DNA from: a virus
DNA: 64,000 bases
Strand: one strand, 5' to 3'
IMG/VR virus record: IMGVR_UViG_3300009184_000033
Span: 1-64,000 of that record
Below, piece by piece: positions 46,001 to 53,631 of this stretch. The translations under genes were made by a program, and so were the position numbers. How positions within the stretch are numbered: the first letter of the stretch is position 1; each line of letters begins with the position of its first letter. Below the pieces are notes generated by a model. The model saw only the letters and a program-made list of their open reading frames with translations, was not told the origin of the DNA and made no database searches.

Positions 46001-46476
46001 TAGAGAATTCCAGCCCTGTCCTCGATAGAGACATAGGTTCCGAGACCTGCTGAGTACCCACCGCCCGGATTCTCGTTCCCTAGTGTGCCCGAGAAGTTCA
46101 GGTACCCGATATTTTTGGGCCAGGAGTCGTAGACCCACTTCTCAAATCCCGTGAGCCCGTCGATGAACTTGTTTATCTCAGACTTCGTGGAGTCGAAAGG
46201 AAAGTAGTTGATTATCGAGTCGAACGCGACGTTAGTCTTGCTCTCTGCGGAGTCAAAGAACGTGTGGTTTGCAAAGTTGGACCAGTCAACCGGCAGTTGC
46301 TGCGTGGATCTGAAGCCGTCTTCAAAGACCGTGAAGTCCACGCCGTTGCCGCCTCCGGACGACATCTCTGGAACCTGGGACATTGTCACGCCTTCCACGG
46401 CGCTGTTTCCATTCTGGAGCTTCTTGATGAAGCTTGGCGTGAAGATCTTCTGAGTGCTGTATGGATCTGTCGACAT
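43042..46476 (-). CDS. Baseplate wedge protein (gp7 / P2 gpI-like core) with two LamG-like domains, 1144 aa
   Basis: LPYVAKYYGFQL...IIRSKGTVHSIKAIMRAAGI (gpI-like); LamG patterns FSHVAAV...LYVDG...SGSIDEFKFY and KWYVSF...TGKVGHIRFWS. Confidence 0.7.
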   Translation of the reverse strand: MSTDPYSTQKIFTPSFIKKLQNGNSAVEGVTMSQVPEMSSGGGNGVDFTVFEDGFRSTQQLPVDWSNFANHTFFDSAESKTNVAFDSIINYFPFDSTKSEINKFIDGLTGFEKWVYDSWPKNIGYLNFSGTLGNENPGGGYSAGLGTYVSIEDRAGILYPTLSKNRSGQRVIDPLEKSFSAEMYLAPANVASNDNQVILQKLGTNNHGFTLALSSSSGVGTSLVFLVTSGTLAMSASCGIARGRFSHVAAVMERKYATTPALKLYVDGELLGYSQSAVEFSKFDFSSAPLIIGSGSTQSLTSLGVPAFTPKQTLSGSIDEFKFYHGNRSKTAIVTSASGTVEPSADLRLYMRFNEGPGTYDNNRVVLDFSGNSLHTQISNYRTSLRTTSSLPVPVATEDPFYSPVLFPSYPDLVTLNSTLLTSASSYDSNNPNLITKLVPAHYLEESAAAQGLPDDGTILEGNYGYSIDFPGGGKISSPQIIASILYMWAKFFDEVKLFIDQFGKLVHVDYNSQDGISDLMLPYVAKYYGFQLPNSFSAASISQFLEGRDLTTNASSATLSLTQIQSTIWRRILTNMSEIIRSKGTVHSIKAIMRAAGINPDNSFSFREFGGSRLLTTDSQRSKVSEVSTMLALTSSAAVVISPFLSGSRTEPGYPFVAGNSSDGLFTSASWTYEAHYHFSGLSTVQPATMSLARIYTTGSSAPASTRALVANLVAFGTGSTRDDLPSLSLYLAPTSTGQFTEIKVYDVNLFDNDKWYVSFGRNIGDATETFPTSSYFLRVGKQEFGDLTVFKEESQLFFDSPTSNVFSNKSSTRNSSGSFFEIGNATVTSAGSGGFLNDTTVATSSLTRTSKFTGKVGHIRFWSRDLTTAESMEHARNFKSLGSDDPLLNYNFRTKDSGSFERLRIDASTDQLTTGSDSLGKLDIFDFSQNSLHLSASGLGGNTNVVVPAQFNFTILNPQFDERTADNKIRVRGFDEQVNIDEFNALKAPVRSIPIYEPVTDDNRFSIEISSVRALNEDMINIISALDYFDNAIGAPELQFSLGYPELQRLREVYFKRLTGRVNYKNLLEFYKWFDDSLAGMIEALLPRNTRFLGINYVIESHMMERTKLRYAQEDIYMGENDRRGIGSNIFLQQIVGSLKRF

Positions 46477-48020
46477 CAGTTACCAACCCTGAACCTTCCA
46501 CTTACGCTCTTGTGAACAGTGCTCATACCGAAGTCATCGCATAAAAACTCTACTTCGTAGGTGTAGCCCTCCTGTAGAGATTTCATGAGAATGTTGAAGT
46601 ACATTCCATCTGAGTCGCTTGAGAGCCTGGTGCTATTGTTGAGCTTGTCAAAGGGAATCACTATCGTGTTGGAGTCAGCAAGCCTGATTTGGTAGTATAC
46701 GCTCGACAAGATGATTCCCTTTCTGACATACGGGGTGCGGAACACTGCGTCTTCTCGGACTTTGTCAAAGACAAAGACTTGAAGCTTCACGTCATCGGTC
46801 TTTGAGTAGCTCTGCCGGAGATTTGTTATCTTGAACTGCAGGTCTGCGGGGTCTCCAATCTGAGATGTCGCCATCGGCTTGTTGACTCTGAGAGTCTCTT
46901 TCTTGAAGGTGAAAGAGTCGTCCAGGGAGTTCCAGTATGCGTCGAACTCGATGAAGTCGCTGCCTGAGGCATTCATGATGTCTATAATTCTGTTAGAGCC
47001 TTGGACTCGGCTCCTGCTGAACATGTCTACAGCAAACGAAGCAGAGTAGAATCCTGTCACCCTGGTGTCATTTGTGCCCTGCTTGTGTTGCGAACCCGTG
47101 AAGTACAGCGTAAGGTCGTTCTTCACCATCTTCAGTAGCAGGCAGTTGTCTCCTGTGACGGGTGAGTTGCTGGATCCAGAAGTTAGATTTGAGGGAGCGC
47201 CGCGGACAAAATTGCGGAAGAAGATTGACCCAGACTGGTTGAACACCAGATCGTTCCTGTGGTCTTGCGCTGAGTCGTCCCACGAGACGGATACGATTGG
47301 AGACTTGAACTTGTTGGCAGAGTTTCTTGAGGCGAACCTCTTGACAAATCTCGTCTTGTTGTCGGTCTCCTGAGAGCCAGAGAAGGAGACCCTAAATCCG
47401 CAGTCTGGTATCAGACCTGCTAGGGTGGCTGAAACGACTGTCGTGATGTCTATGTCTAGATTCTCGTTGCCGTTCACGAAAGTCTGATAAGATCCGAGAT
47501 GAATTACTCCCGCTCCAAGATTTCCCGAAGCAATGACGTCGATGTTATTCGATCCAAGAAGACCCAGGGCGTTTGCGCCAGTGGCGTGCCATAGCACGCT
47601 GGCACCGTCGACATAGGAGCGTGTAACAAAGTTGCATGCATCGAGGTCGCTGAAGGCTGATATGTCCCTGCCGATTCCTTCGTCAAATGAGTTTGAGAGA
47701 GGGAAGACGGATACCGTGAAGTTCGATGGAGTCGCCTGGCCTGCAATGACGTCAAAAAGCTTTAAGCTGGCTTTAAAGTTTGAAGCGTTCAAGTCTATCG
47801 AGGAGCCTGTCAGATCTCTGACGGAACTTAGATCAAACTTCAGGAGTATCCTGGAGAGCTCGATGGGGTTCTCTTCGCTCGATAGCTCCGACTCGTTGTA
47901 GAGCTTGAACAGGTCGAGAGTGCCAGCCTTGCCAACATTAGCATCGGTAGCCCTGAAGCTGTTGTTGATTATCTTGTTTGTGATGTAGGTGTCGGCGCTT
48001 GCCGTGAGCAACAACTGCAT
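46476..48020 (-). CDS. Baseplate-region structural protein, 514 aa (N-terminal beta-sandwich, DNRLRE-like by eye)
   Basis: ASADTYI...SRILLKFDLS...ASLKLF pattern; lies between the gp6-like and gp7-like genes. Confidence 0.6.
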   Translation of the reverse strand: MQLLLTASADTYITNKIINNSFRATDANVGKAGTLDLFKLYNESELSSEENPIELSRILLKFDLSSVRDLTGSSIDLNASNFKASLKLFDVIAGQATPSNFTVSVFPLSNSFDEGIGRDISAFSDLDACNFVTRSYVDGASVLWHATGANALGLLGSNNIDVIASGNLGAGVIHLGSYQTFVNGNENLDIDITTVVSATLAGLIPDCGFRVSFSGSQETDNKTRFVKRFASRNSANKFKSPIVSVSWDDSAQDHRNDLVFNQSGSIFFRNFVRGAPSNLTSGSSNSPVTGDNCLLLKMVKNDLTLYFTGSQHKQGTNDTRVTGFYSASFAVDMFSRSRVQGSNRIIDIMNASGSDFIEFDAYWNSLDDSFTFKKETLRVNKPMATSQIGDPADLQFKITNLRQSYSKTDDVKLQVFVFDKVREDAVFRTPYVRKGIILSSVYYQIRLADSNTIVIPFDKLNNSTRLSSDSDGMYFNILMKSLQEGYTYEVEFLCDDFGMSTVHKSVSGRFRVGN

Positions 48021-49870
48021 TACTGGGCCGCTCCTATGATGTCACTATCCGGATACTTGAGCTCAAATATGGAACCCTGAGGGCCAAGATACAAGCCATT
48101 CAGCTTGGACTTCTGGAAGTCAAGAGAGAAATCGCTGTATGTGCGCTCAAGAATGACTCCCGTGAGGCCAGTAAGCGTGAGGCTGACAAGAGATAGCACT
48201 CCGGACACATTGATTATCGAGTTGATGAGGTCAGCTTCGATTATCGGCTGGTCAATCTGGTAATACTTCCTGTCGAGCTTTTCCTTGAGTGCGTTGATCA
48301 CATTTGCGACCACAACATTCTTGTTGGAGTTTGGCGTGCAGATGATCGAGAAGTTCACCTTGTAGTTGATGACGGTCGCGTCCAAGATGTCGACCGCATC
48401 TGAGACAAGTCTGAAGTCGTTCAGGTACGTGGCAAGGTTCTTCTTTAGGGTGTCTGATGTGTGAGTGAGCTCATCTGAGGAGTTCTTTCCAATCAGGTAC
48501 AGCCTGGATGCCAGAGGATTGTCTGTGCTCTTTGCCACACTGGCTCGGTATACCCTACCAAAGTTTGACGGCAGTGTGTAGACTCTGGATATCAAGTCTT
48601 CCTGCGTCACAATTCTCGACTGCTGGTTCCTGGCCGCAAATATCATAGAGCGCAGGTCCTCGAGGCTCATTGCAGAAGCGCCGCCTCTGGCCTCCTCTTC
48701 GTTCCTCACATCGATGCTTGTAACCACCGCATTTGACACTGCAAGCGTTGGGCTCCTTGGGAAGTCTATTATCAGGTTCGATATTGTCCTGATTGTATTT
48801 GCGCCCACGTTGTGGTTCAGTCCACCACCATAGCGGTACGTGACTCTGAGTGTTGTGTTTCTCGGGGCTGTGCCAAGCGTCTTGGTCTGCAATAGGGAAG
48901 TTGGATCAATCGAGAACCTGCTGAGCGTCCTCTTTCCGTAAAGCGGGAGGGCTAGCTCTGACGGGTCTGGCAGAATATCATCGTCCAGAGAGGTCGCATC
49001 ACCAGATCCAAACTGGAGCGTGGTGAGTCGATTCGTTATGTTCATGGTCGCAGTGAATCTTCTCGGAGCGGGTATGATCTGTAGCGACTCTGAGACGAGG
49101 TCGTCGTCATATCCGTAATTCTTGATCCTCTTGTAGACCACGTCCTGAGACAGAGATTCGACCTCATAGTAGTCTTCATCGTCTGAGTCCTTGACTTCAA
49201 TGATCTGCGTGACGTCGGGATTTGCAAGGTTTATCGTCCTGAACGGGACAAAGCTGTCAGAGATTAGGAAAGACTCGACTTTAGTCTCTCCAGAGACAGC
49301 CTCTATCGACCTGCTTACGATGAACGTCGATGGATTTCCATCATCACCGAGCTCTCCAACAACGTACTTGGCGTAGAGAGTTCCATAGCTGTCAGTTTCA
49401 CCAAAGTCAAGCTCGGAGTCGATCCTGAACTTGACGCCGGCTCCGCTTGACATTGTCGTGCCAGACCCTATGATGGGCAGCGCAGAACTGTCTGGCAGAT
49501 ATTCTCCATCCTCAGAGAGGAGAGCTGGCACCTCGATGTAGAAAGTCACGTTTGCAACGGCAGGAGCCGCGCCGATGGCTTTTACTCCAGCGTTTCTAGC
49601 ATGCGCCTGAATGTTGACTGACTCTACAGCCGTTCCAGGATCAAGCTCATTGAACTGGTGGTCCAGGTAGAACGACATGGAGTCGCCGACGTAGGCAGCC
49701 AGCTCAAGGAACATTCCACCGAGAGAAGCCTCGTTGAAGTCCTGGATCTGCTCGCCAAAATAGTTCCTCGCATAGGTGAGGAGATCTGCTCTGAATCCGG
49801 CAAAATCCTTTGCGAGGTAGGTCTTCTGGCTGAACCGACTGTTCAGTGATGTGGTCTTTAGTGTCGCCAT
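48020..49870 (-). CDS. gp6: Baseplate wedge subunit (T4 gp6 / baseplate J-like), 616 aa
   Basis: KDFAGFRADLLTYA...DFNEAS...LELAAYVGDSMSFYLD; LQFGSG; YRYGGGLNHNV; RIVTQEDL. Confidence 0.9.
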   Translation of the reverse strand: MATLKTTSLNSRFSQKTYLAKDFAGFRADLLTYARNYFGEQIQDFNEASLGGMFLELAAYVGDSMSFYLDHQFNELDPGTAVESVNIQAHARNAGVKAIGAAPAVANVTFYIEVPALLSEDGEYLPDSSALPIIGSGTTMSSGAGVKFRIDSELDFGETDSYGTLYAKYVVGELGDDGNPSTFIVSRSIEAVSGETKVESFLISDSFVPFRTINLANPDVTQIIEVKDSDDEDYYEVESLSQDVVYKRIKNYGYDDDLVSESLQIIPAPRRFTATMNITNRLTTLQFGSGDATSLDDDILPDPSELALPLYGKRTLSRFSIDPTSLLQTKTLGTAPRNTTLRVTYRYGGGLNHNVGANTIRTISNLIIDFPRSPTLAVSNAVVTSIDVRNEEEARGGASAMSLEDLRSMIFAARNQQSRIVTQEDLISRVYTLPSNFGRVYRASVAKSTDNPLASRLYLIGKNSSDELTHTSDTLKKNLATYLNDFRLVSDAVDILDATVINYKVNFSIICTPNSNKNVVVANVINALKEKLDRKYYQIDQPIIEADLINSIINVSGVLSLVSLTLTGLTGVILERTYSDFSLDFQKSKLNGLYLGPQGSIFELKYPDSDIIGAAQ

Positions 49871-50365
49871 TTATGCCGCCATGTACATGATAACTTCTAG
49901 ACCCTGATTCGTAACTCTCAAGTTCGGAATAGAGTATGTGATCTTGATGGATATTGCCGTAAGATCTTGTGTGGTAAGCAGCGCCAGCCTCCCTGTCTCA
50001 AATGTCTGGGGCTCGACAAATGGCATGTACCTCTTGATTGCAGCCTTGATCCTAGAGATTGCTTCTATGTCACCGTCTTCAGAGCCAAGCTCAGTGAGCA
50101 GCTCTTTAAGGTTTGCGCCAAAGTAATAGTTTCCAAGCCTCTCACCGTGATTTGTCAAGATCAGGTTCTTGAGATTGTCCTGGATGGTATCTTTTAGATT
50201 GTAATGCATGGCGAGAAATCCCTCTTTCTCGCCGCCGAGCTGGACTGGCGTCTTGATGCCAATTGGATTGATGACCTCGTCGTCCAACCGGTTGTTCTGC
50301 CGGTAGGGCGAGACTCTCTCTCCAACTGACTTGAAGTCATAGACTGTGCGGTTCTGCTGTGGCAT
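49871..50365 (-). CDS. gp25: Baseplate wedge / sheath initiator (T4 gp25-like), 164 aa
   Basis: IQDNLKNLILTNHGERLGNYYFGANLKELL...IKAAIKRYMPFV. Confidence 0.9.
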   Translation of the reverse strand: MPQQNRTVYDFKSVGERVSPYRQNNRLDDEVINPIGIKTPVQLGGEKEGFLAMHYNLKDTIQDNLKNLILTNHGERLGNYYFGANLKELLTELGSEDGDIEAISRIKAAIKRYMPFVEPQTFETGRLALLTTQDLTAISIKITYSIPNLRVTNQGLEVIMYMAA

Positions 50366-50379
50366 GGTATCTTACCTTC

Positions 50380-50386
50380 TAAGTAT
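50380..50386 (-). promoter_or_regulatory. Putative late promoter ATACTTA
   Basis: 14 nt before the gp25-like ATG. Confidence 0.65.
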
Positions 50387-50414
50387 TGTCGAACCGCTTT
50401 TTCAGTGTGCTTGC

Positions 50415-50681
50415 TTACGAAACTCCGACTCCAGGTCCTGTGGTAGCTCCCACTTGAGCCGACGGAGATCCAGCAGTTGTCACGGGTATTCCCGGTGACA
50501 CATTGACTGTCACTACAATTGTGGTGACGTAAGCATCTACCGCAGCGGCAATATCTGAGGCAAGCTCTGCAGTAATCTGGTCAGGATCAGCACCGTCCTG
50601 GGCACCAGCATCTTTGGCCTTCACAAAGGCAGCCCTTATCGACTGCTGCATAATGGATTTGCCCGGCGCGGCTATTGGCAT
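50415..50681 (-). CDS. Small protein following the central spike gene, 88 aa
   Basis: ATG abuts the spike TAG; helical N-terminus and Gly/Pro/Thr-rich tail. Confidence 0.7.
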   Translation of the reverse strand: MPIAAPGKSIMQQSIRAAFVKAKDAGAQDGADPDQITAELASDIAAAVDAYVTTIVVTVNVSPGIPVTTAGSPSAQVGATTGPGVGVS

Positions 50682-52229
50682 CTACTCTCCAAATATCCTT
50701 TCAGATTTGATGTTTGCTATCTCGCTCTCTCGAGTTGCCATGGCAGCCTTGAGCGCTGCTTGGGCTGACAGAATTTGAGGAGATGGCGCGCCGTACCCTG
50801 GCGTAGTGTGGGTGCTCAGCGTATCGCAGAAAGTCTTGATGTCTGCGATAATTGCCTTGAGCAGGTCTTCAAGCTGCTGGTACTTGACATATGGCTGACC
50901 CTCTCCTGGTCCGGGTCCACCGCCAGCTCCACCATCGTCTTTTGTGCGTCCCAAGAAGATCTTGCTTCCGCTTACCTGGACGGTACCGTCTGGCAGAAGA
51001 GCAATAACTGCAAGATCTTCTGATGGAGTTCCCTCTTTGACGATTCTAATTCCGCCATTTATGGTCTGCTCTTCATTCTTTCTTGCGATGATTCGAACTT
51101 GATCAGACTTGATCACTGCAAACGGAGAGTCAGCGATGTCCTCAATTGGGGACTCGAAGGGCTTTGCCATCCTCTCGTTGGCAGTGTCAATTCCGAACTG
51201 CAAGTCTCCTGAAGACCGCATAGAGAGGTACACCCTAGAAGAATCGTTGACTAGATCTGGATCTCCCTCAGAGGCTAGCCCTGGCTTTATCTTGTTGATT
51301 CCGGGATTCTTATCGAGCTCGTTAAATTTCCTAGAGTTTGCTATGACCCTTGGCGCGGTGAGCTTAGGGTCCTCTCCAGCTGCGCTCTCACTCGTTGGAC
51401 TTGCCGGTAAGAACCTGCCGCGGCCAACGACTATGTCAATTGCGCCCGCTTGCAAGATCTTTCTCTGGTCTTCTGTTTTTATCGCGTTGCTCGTCTTTGA
51501 CTTGTCAGGCTCTGAGTCTGCTCCCCAGCCGCGCTCCTCACCAAGGCATATGAGCGTGTTGTTAGAGCCCTGGATAGTCATGTCACCTGGTCTCTTTGTG
51601 AAGCGAGGCACAGGCTCTAGTGCGAGGTCCTTGTACGACTCAGAGCCTGCGATCAGGTCATCATATGGGTTCTTCTTTACGTCATCTAACCTAAGAGTAG
51701 CGCGAGCAATCGTTCCATCGCCATTTTCGAAGCTGGGTATTTTATTCCCGCCAGAAGATGCAGACTTGTCAGATTTCTCTGCGGTCGAGAGAGAAGTTGA
51801 GAGAGCTAGCTTCCTGTCACCATGGGTGAAGTTCAGGTCATCGATGGCTGAATTCTCTGGAATTCTTGAAATCCAGTAGGGTAGAGGTCCGACCCCGTCT
51901 GATCCTTCAGATATGAGCCAGACCTGCTCTCCAGGCTTGATTGGCATGCAGATATGCGGAGGAAACAGCGGGTAGGCAATCATTGCCTTTCCCTGCTTAT
52001 CAAAGTTGTCCGTCACAATCCTGACTATGCAGGAATTTCTAGGACAGGTGAGAAGATAGTTCTCATTTCCAATCGTAGGCTTGAGGAGTGCCAGCTTCTC
52101 TGCCGTGAATACCGATGGGTCACCTATGAATTCTGAGACCACAGCGCGGTACAGTATCTTTCCGCCTCCCGCGCCGGCAGTAGACGGAGAGGCTGGACCT
52201 GGAGCAGACTTATTGCGTACGTCAGACAT
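50682..52229 (-). CDS. Baseplate central spike / hub protein (gp5 / gpV-like), 515 aa
   Basis: AYPLFPPHICMPIKPGEQVWLI (OB-fold-like), PGDMTIQGSNNTLICLG, C-terminal QPYVKYQQLEDLL...HTTP...IKSERIFGE; directly upstream of gp25/gp6. Confidence 0.65.
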   Translation of the reverse strand: MSDVRNKSAPGPASPSTAGAGGGKILYRAVVSEFIGDPSVFTAEKLALLKPTIGNENYLLTCPRNSCIVRIVTDNFDKQGKAMIAYPLFPPHICMPIKPGEQVWLISEGSDGVGPLPYWISRIPENSAIDDLNFTHGDRKLALSTSLSTAEKSDKSASSGGNKIPSFENGDGTIARATLRLDDVKKNPYDDLIAGSESYKDLALEPVPRFTKRPGDMTIQGSNNTLICLGEERGWGADSEPDKSKTSNAIKTEDQRKILQAGAIDIVVGRGRFLPASPTSESAAGEDPKLTAPRVIANSRKFNELDKNPGINKIKPGLASEGDPDLVNDSSRVYLSMRSSGDLQFGIDTANERMAKPFESPIEDIADSPFAVIKSDQVRIIARKNEEQTINGGIRIVKEGTPSEDLAVIALLPDGTVQVSGSKIFLGRTKDDGGAGGGPGPGEGQPYVKYQQLEDLLKAIIADIKTFCDTLSTHTTPGYGAPSPQILSAQAALKAAMATRESEIANIKSERIFGE

Positions 52230-52588
52230 CAGTCCTTGATCTTGCTGAAGACGTCGTCGGGGTCTATCTTTGCGTTCTGAGCCTCAGCTTCAGAGACTAG
52301 CTCAGCAAGCTTGATGAGCTGTTCATTGCTCTTTGCCATTCTCTCGATGTACTTGTTCAGGATCGGTCCAACAGCAATGTGCTCAGCAACTGAATTCTGC
52401 ATGTTTCCATAAGCTTCGTGGAATAGCAGGAAGGCGTTCTGTCGGTCAGAGATCGCATTCTCGTAGATCTCCTTCCAAAGCGCCTTTTTCTTGTCCTCGG
52501 TGGTCGTGATGGTGTCAAGCAGCTCAGAAAATTGCTTGATCTTATTGAGCTTAACCTCTTGGAGATCTGCAACGTCAACGTGATTCAT
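52229..52588 (-). CDS. Hypothetical helical protein, 119 aa
   Basis: Overlaps the sigma gene end and the spike start; AGGGAG RBS. Confidence 0.75.
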   Translation of the reverse strand: MNHVDVADLQEVKLNKIKQFSELLDTITTTEDKKKALWKEIYENAISDRQNAFLLFHEAYGNMQNSVAEHIAVGPILNKYIERMAKSNEQLIKLAELVSEAEAQNAKIDPDDVFSKIKD

Positions 52589-53324
52589 CTTTTCTCCCTG
52601 AGTCCTCGAGGTAAATTTCTCTCTGAACGTCCTTGTACAGCCGCCTTATCATCGACATTGATGACGAAAGCTGTTTGGAATTCAGGCCAGAAATGTCTCT
52701 CACATAGACATAAATAGCCCTCTTGTTCAAAAAGTCTAGATTGTCTAGGTTCTCGTGGACAGTTATGACGGCGTTAATGCAGGACACATCATTTTCGCTC
52801 TCGACACGGCTCTTGATACCGTGGAGGATACGCATGATCTCACCTCGCTTCTCGCGGTCGATCATGACATCATCAGGCGACGGTGAGATCTGACTGCTGG
52901 CTATCAGGTACTCATCTCTCTTCGAGAGCCTATCGGTGTCGTTGATGCTGACGTGATTATCGCGGTTCTTTTTCTTCCGGCGAGAGTTCAAGATCAGCCA
53001 GTTCTTTGCCACAACGTTGAAGTATGAGAAGGCCTTGGTGCCTCTTGAGCTGTCGAACTTGTGAAGTGTCTCATACAGGAATGAGACGCAGTCGTTCTTG
53101 AGCACTGAAAAGCTGTCATCTCTGGAGAATCCATAGATGAGGATCAGGTTCTCAACCAGCGTATTGAACGCTGGCATGATCTGCTGTTCGTAAACAACTG
53201 CCCTTGCGAGGTGGTCTGGAGTATTTTGGAACTCCACTATCCCCTGCTGGGTCTTGCTGTCAAAGTAGAAATTAGGACCGTCTGTCCCTGACTTCTTGGA
53301 GCGCCTAGTTCTTTTCTTCAGCAT
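52575..53324 (-). CDS. RNA polymerase sigma factor, T4 gp55-like late sigma, 249 aa
   Basis: Sigma region 2 pattern NDCVSFLYETLHKFDSSRGTKAFSYFNVVAKNWLI; N-terminal YFD; no clear region 4 motif. Confidence 0.75.
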   Translation of the reverse strand: MLKKRTRRSKKSGTDGPNFYFDSKTQQGIVEFQNTPDHLARAVVYEQQIMPAFNTLVENLILIYGFSRDDSFSVLKNDCVSFLYETLHKFDSSRGTKAFSYFNVVAKNWLILNSRRKKKNRDNHVSINDTDRLSKRDEYLIASSQISPSPDDVMIDREKRGEIMRILHGIKSRVESENDVSCINAVITVHENLDNLDFLNKRAIYVYVRDISGLNSKQLSSSMSMIRRLYKDVQREIYLEDSGRKDESR

Positions 53325-53631
53325 TTGAACCCTCCTCTAGTTGCACTTCCTCTACTTTGCCGATGAGGTTGGCGACCTTCAGAATGGCATCTCTACAGAT
53401 TCTGATGTCCTCAAGCACGGCTCGTACCTGCGGGCTATCGAAGAACAGTGGGATTTGCAGTATCTCAGAAATCGAAGCATATCTCTCATCTAAGATGTCA
53501 AGAGAAGATTCGATCCTGTCAACTATCTTGAGAATCATCAGGCCATGCTTATAGTTGAAGTACAGAGAAACTATCAGCAAAACCAGCAAAACGATACATA
53601 TCACGCTAAGAGATACAACAGTGCCCATCAT
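53305..53631 (-). CDS. Single-pass membrane protein with coiled coil, 108 aa
   Basis: N-terminal hydrophobic stretch VVSLSVICIVLLVLLIVSLYF. Confidence 0.75.
   Translation of the reverse strand: MMGTVVSLSVICIVLLVLLIVSLYFNYKHGLMILKIVDRIESSLDILDERYASISEILQIPLFFDSPQVRAVLEDIRICRDAILKVANLIGKVEEVQLEEGSNAEEKN

Noticed and set aside
1-52229. Extracellular contractile injection system or tailocin, given the multiple sheaths
   Set aside because: Portal, terminase, protease, scaffold and MCP are all present, so this is a DNA-packaging phage
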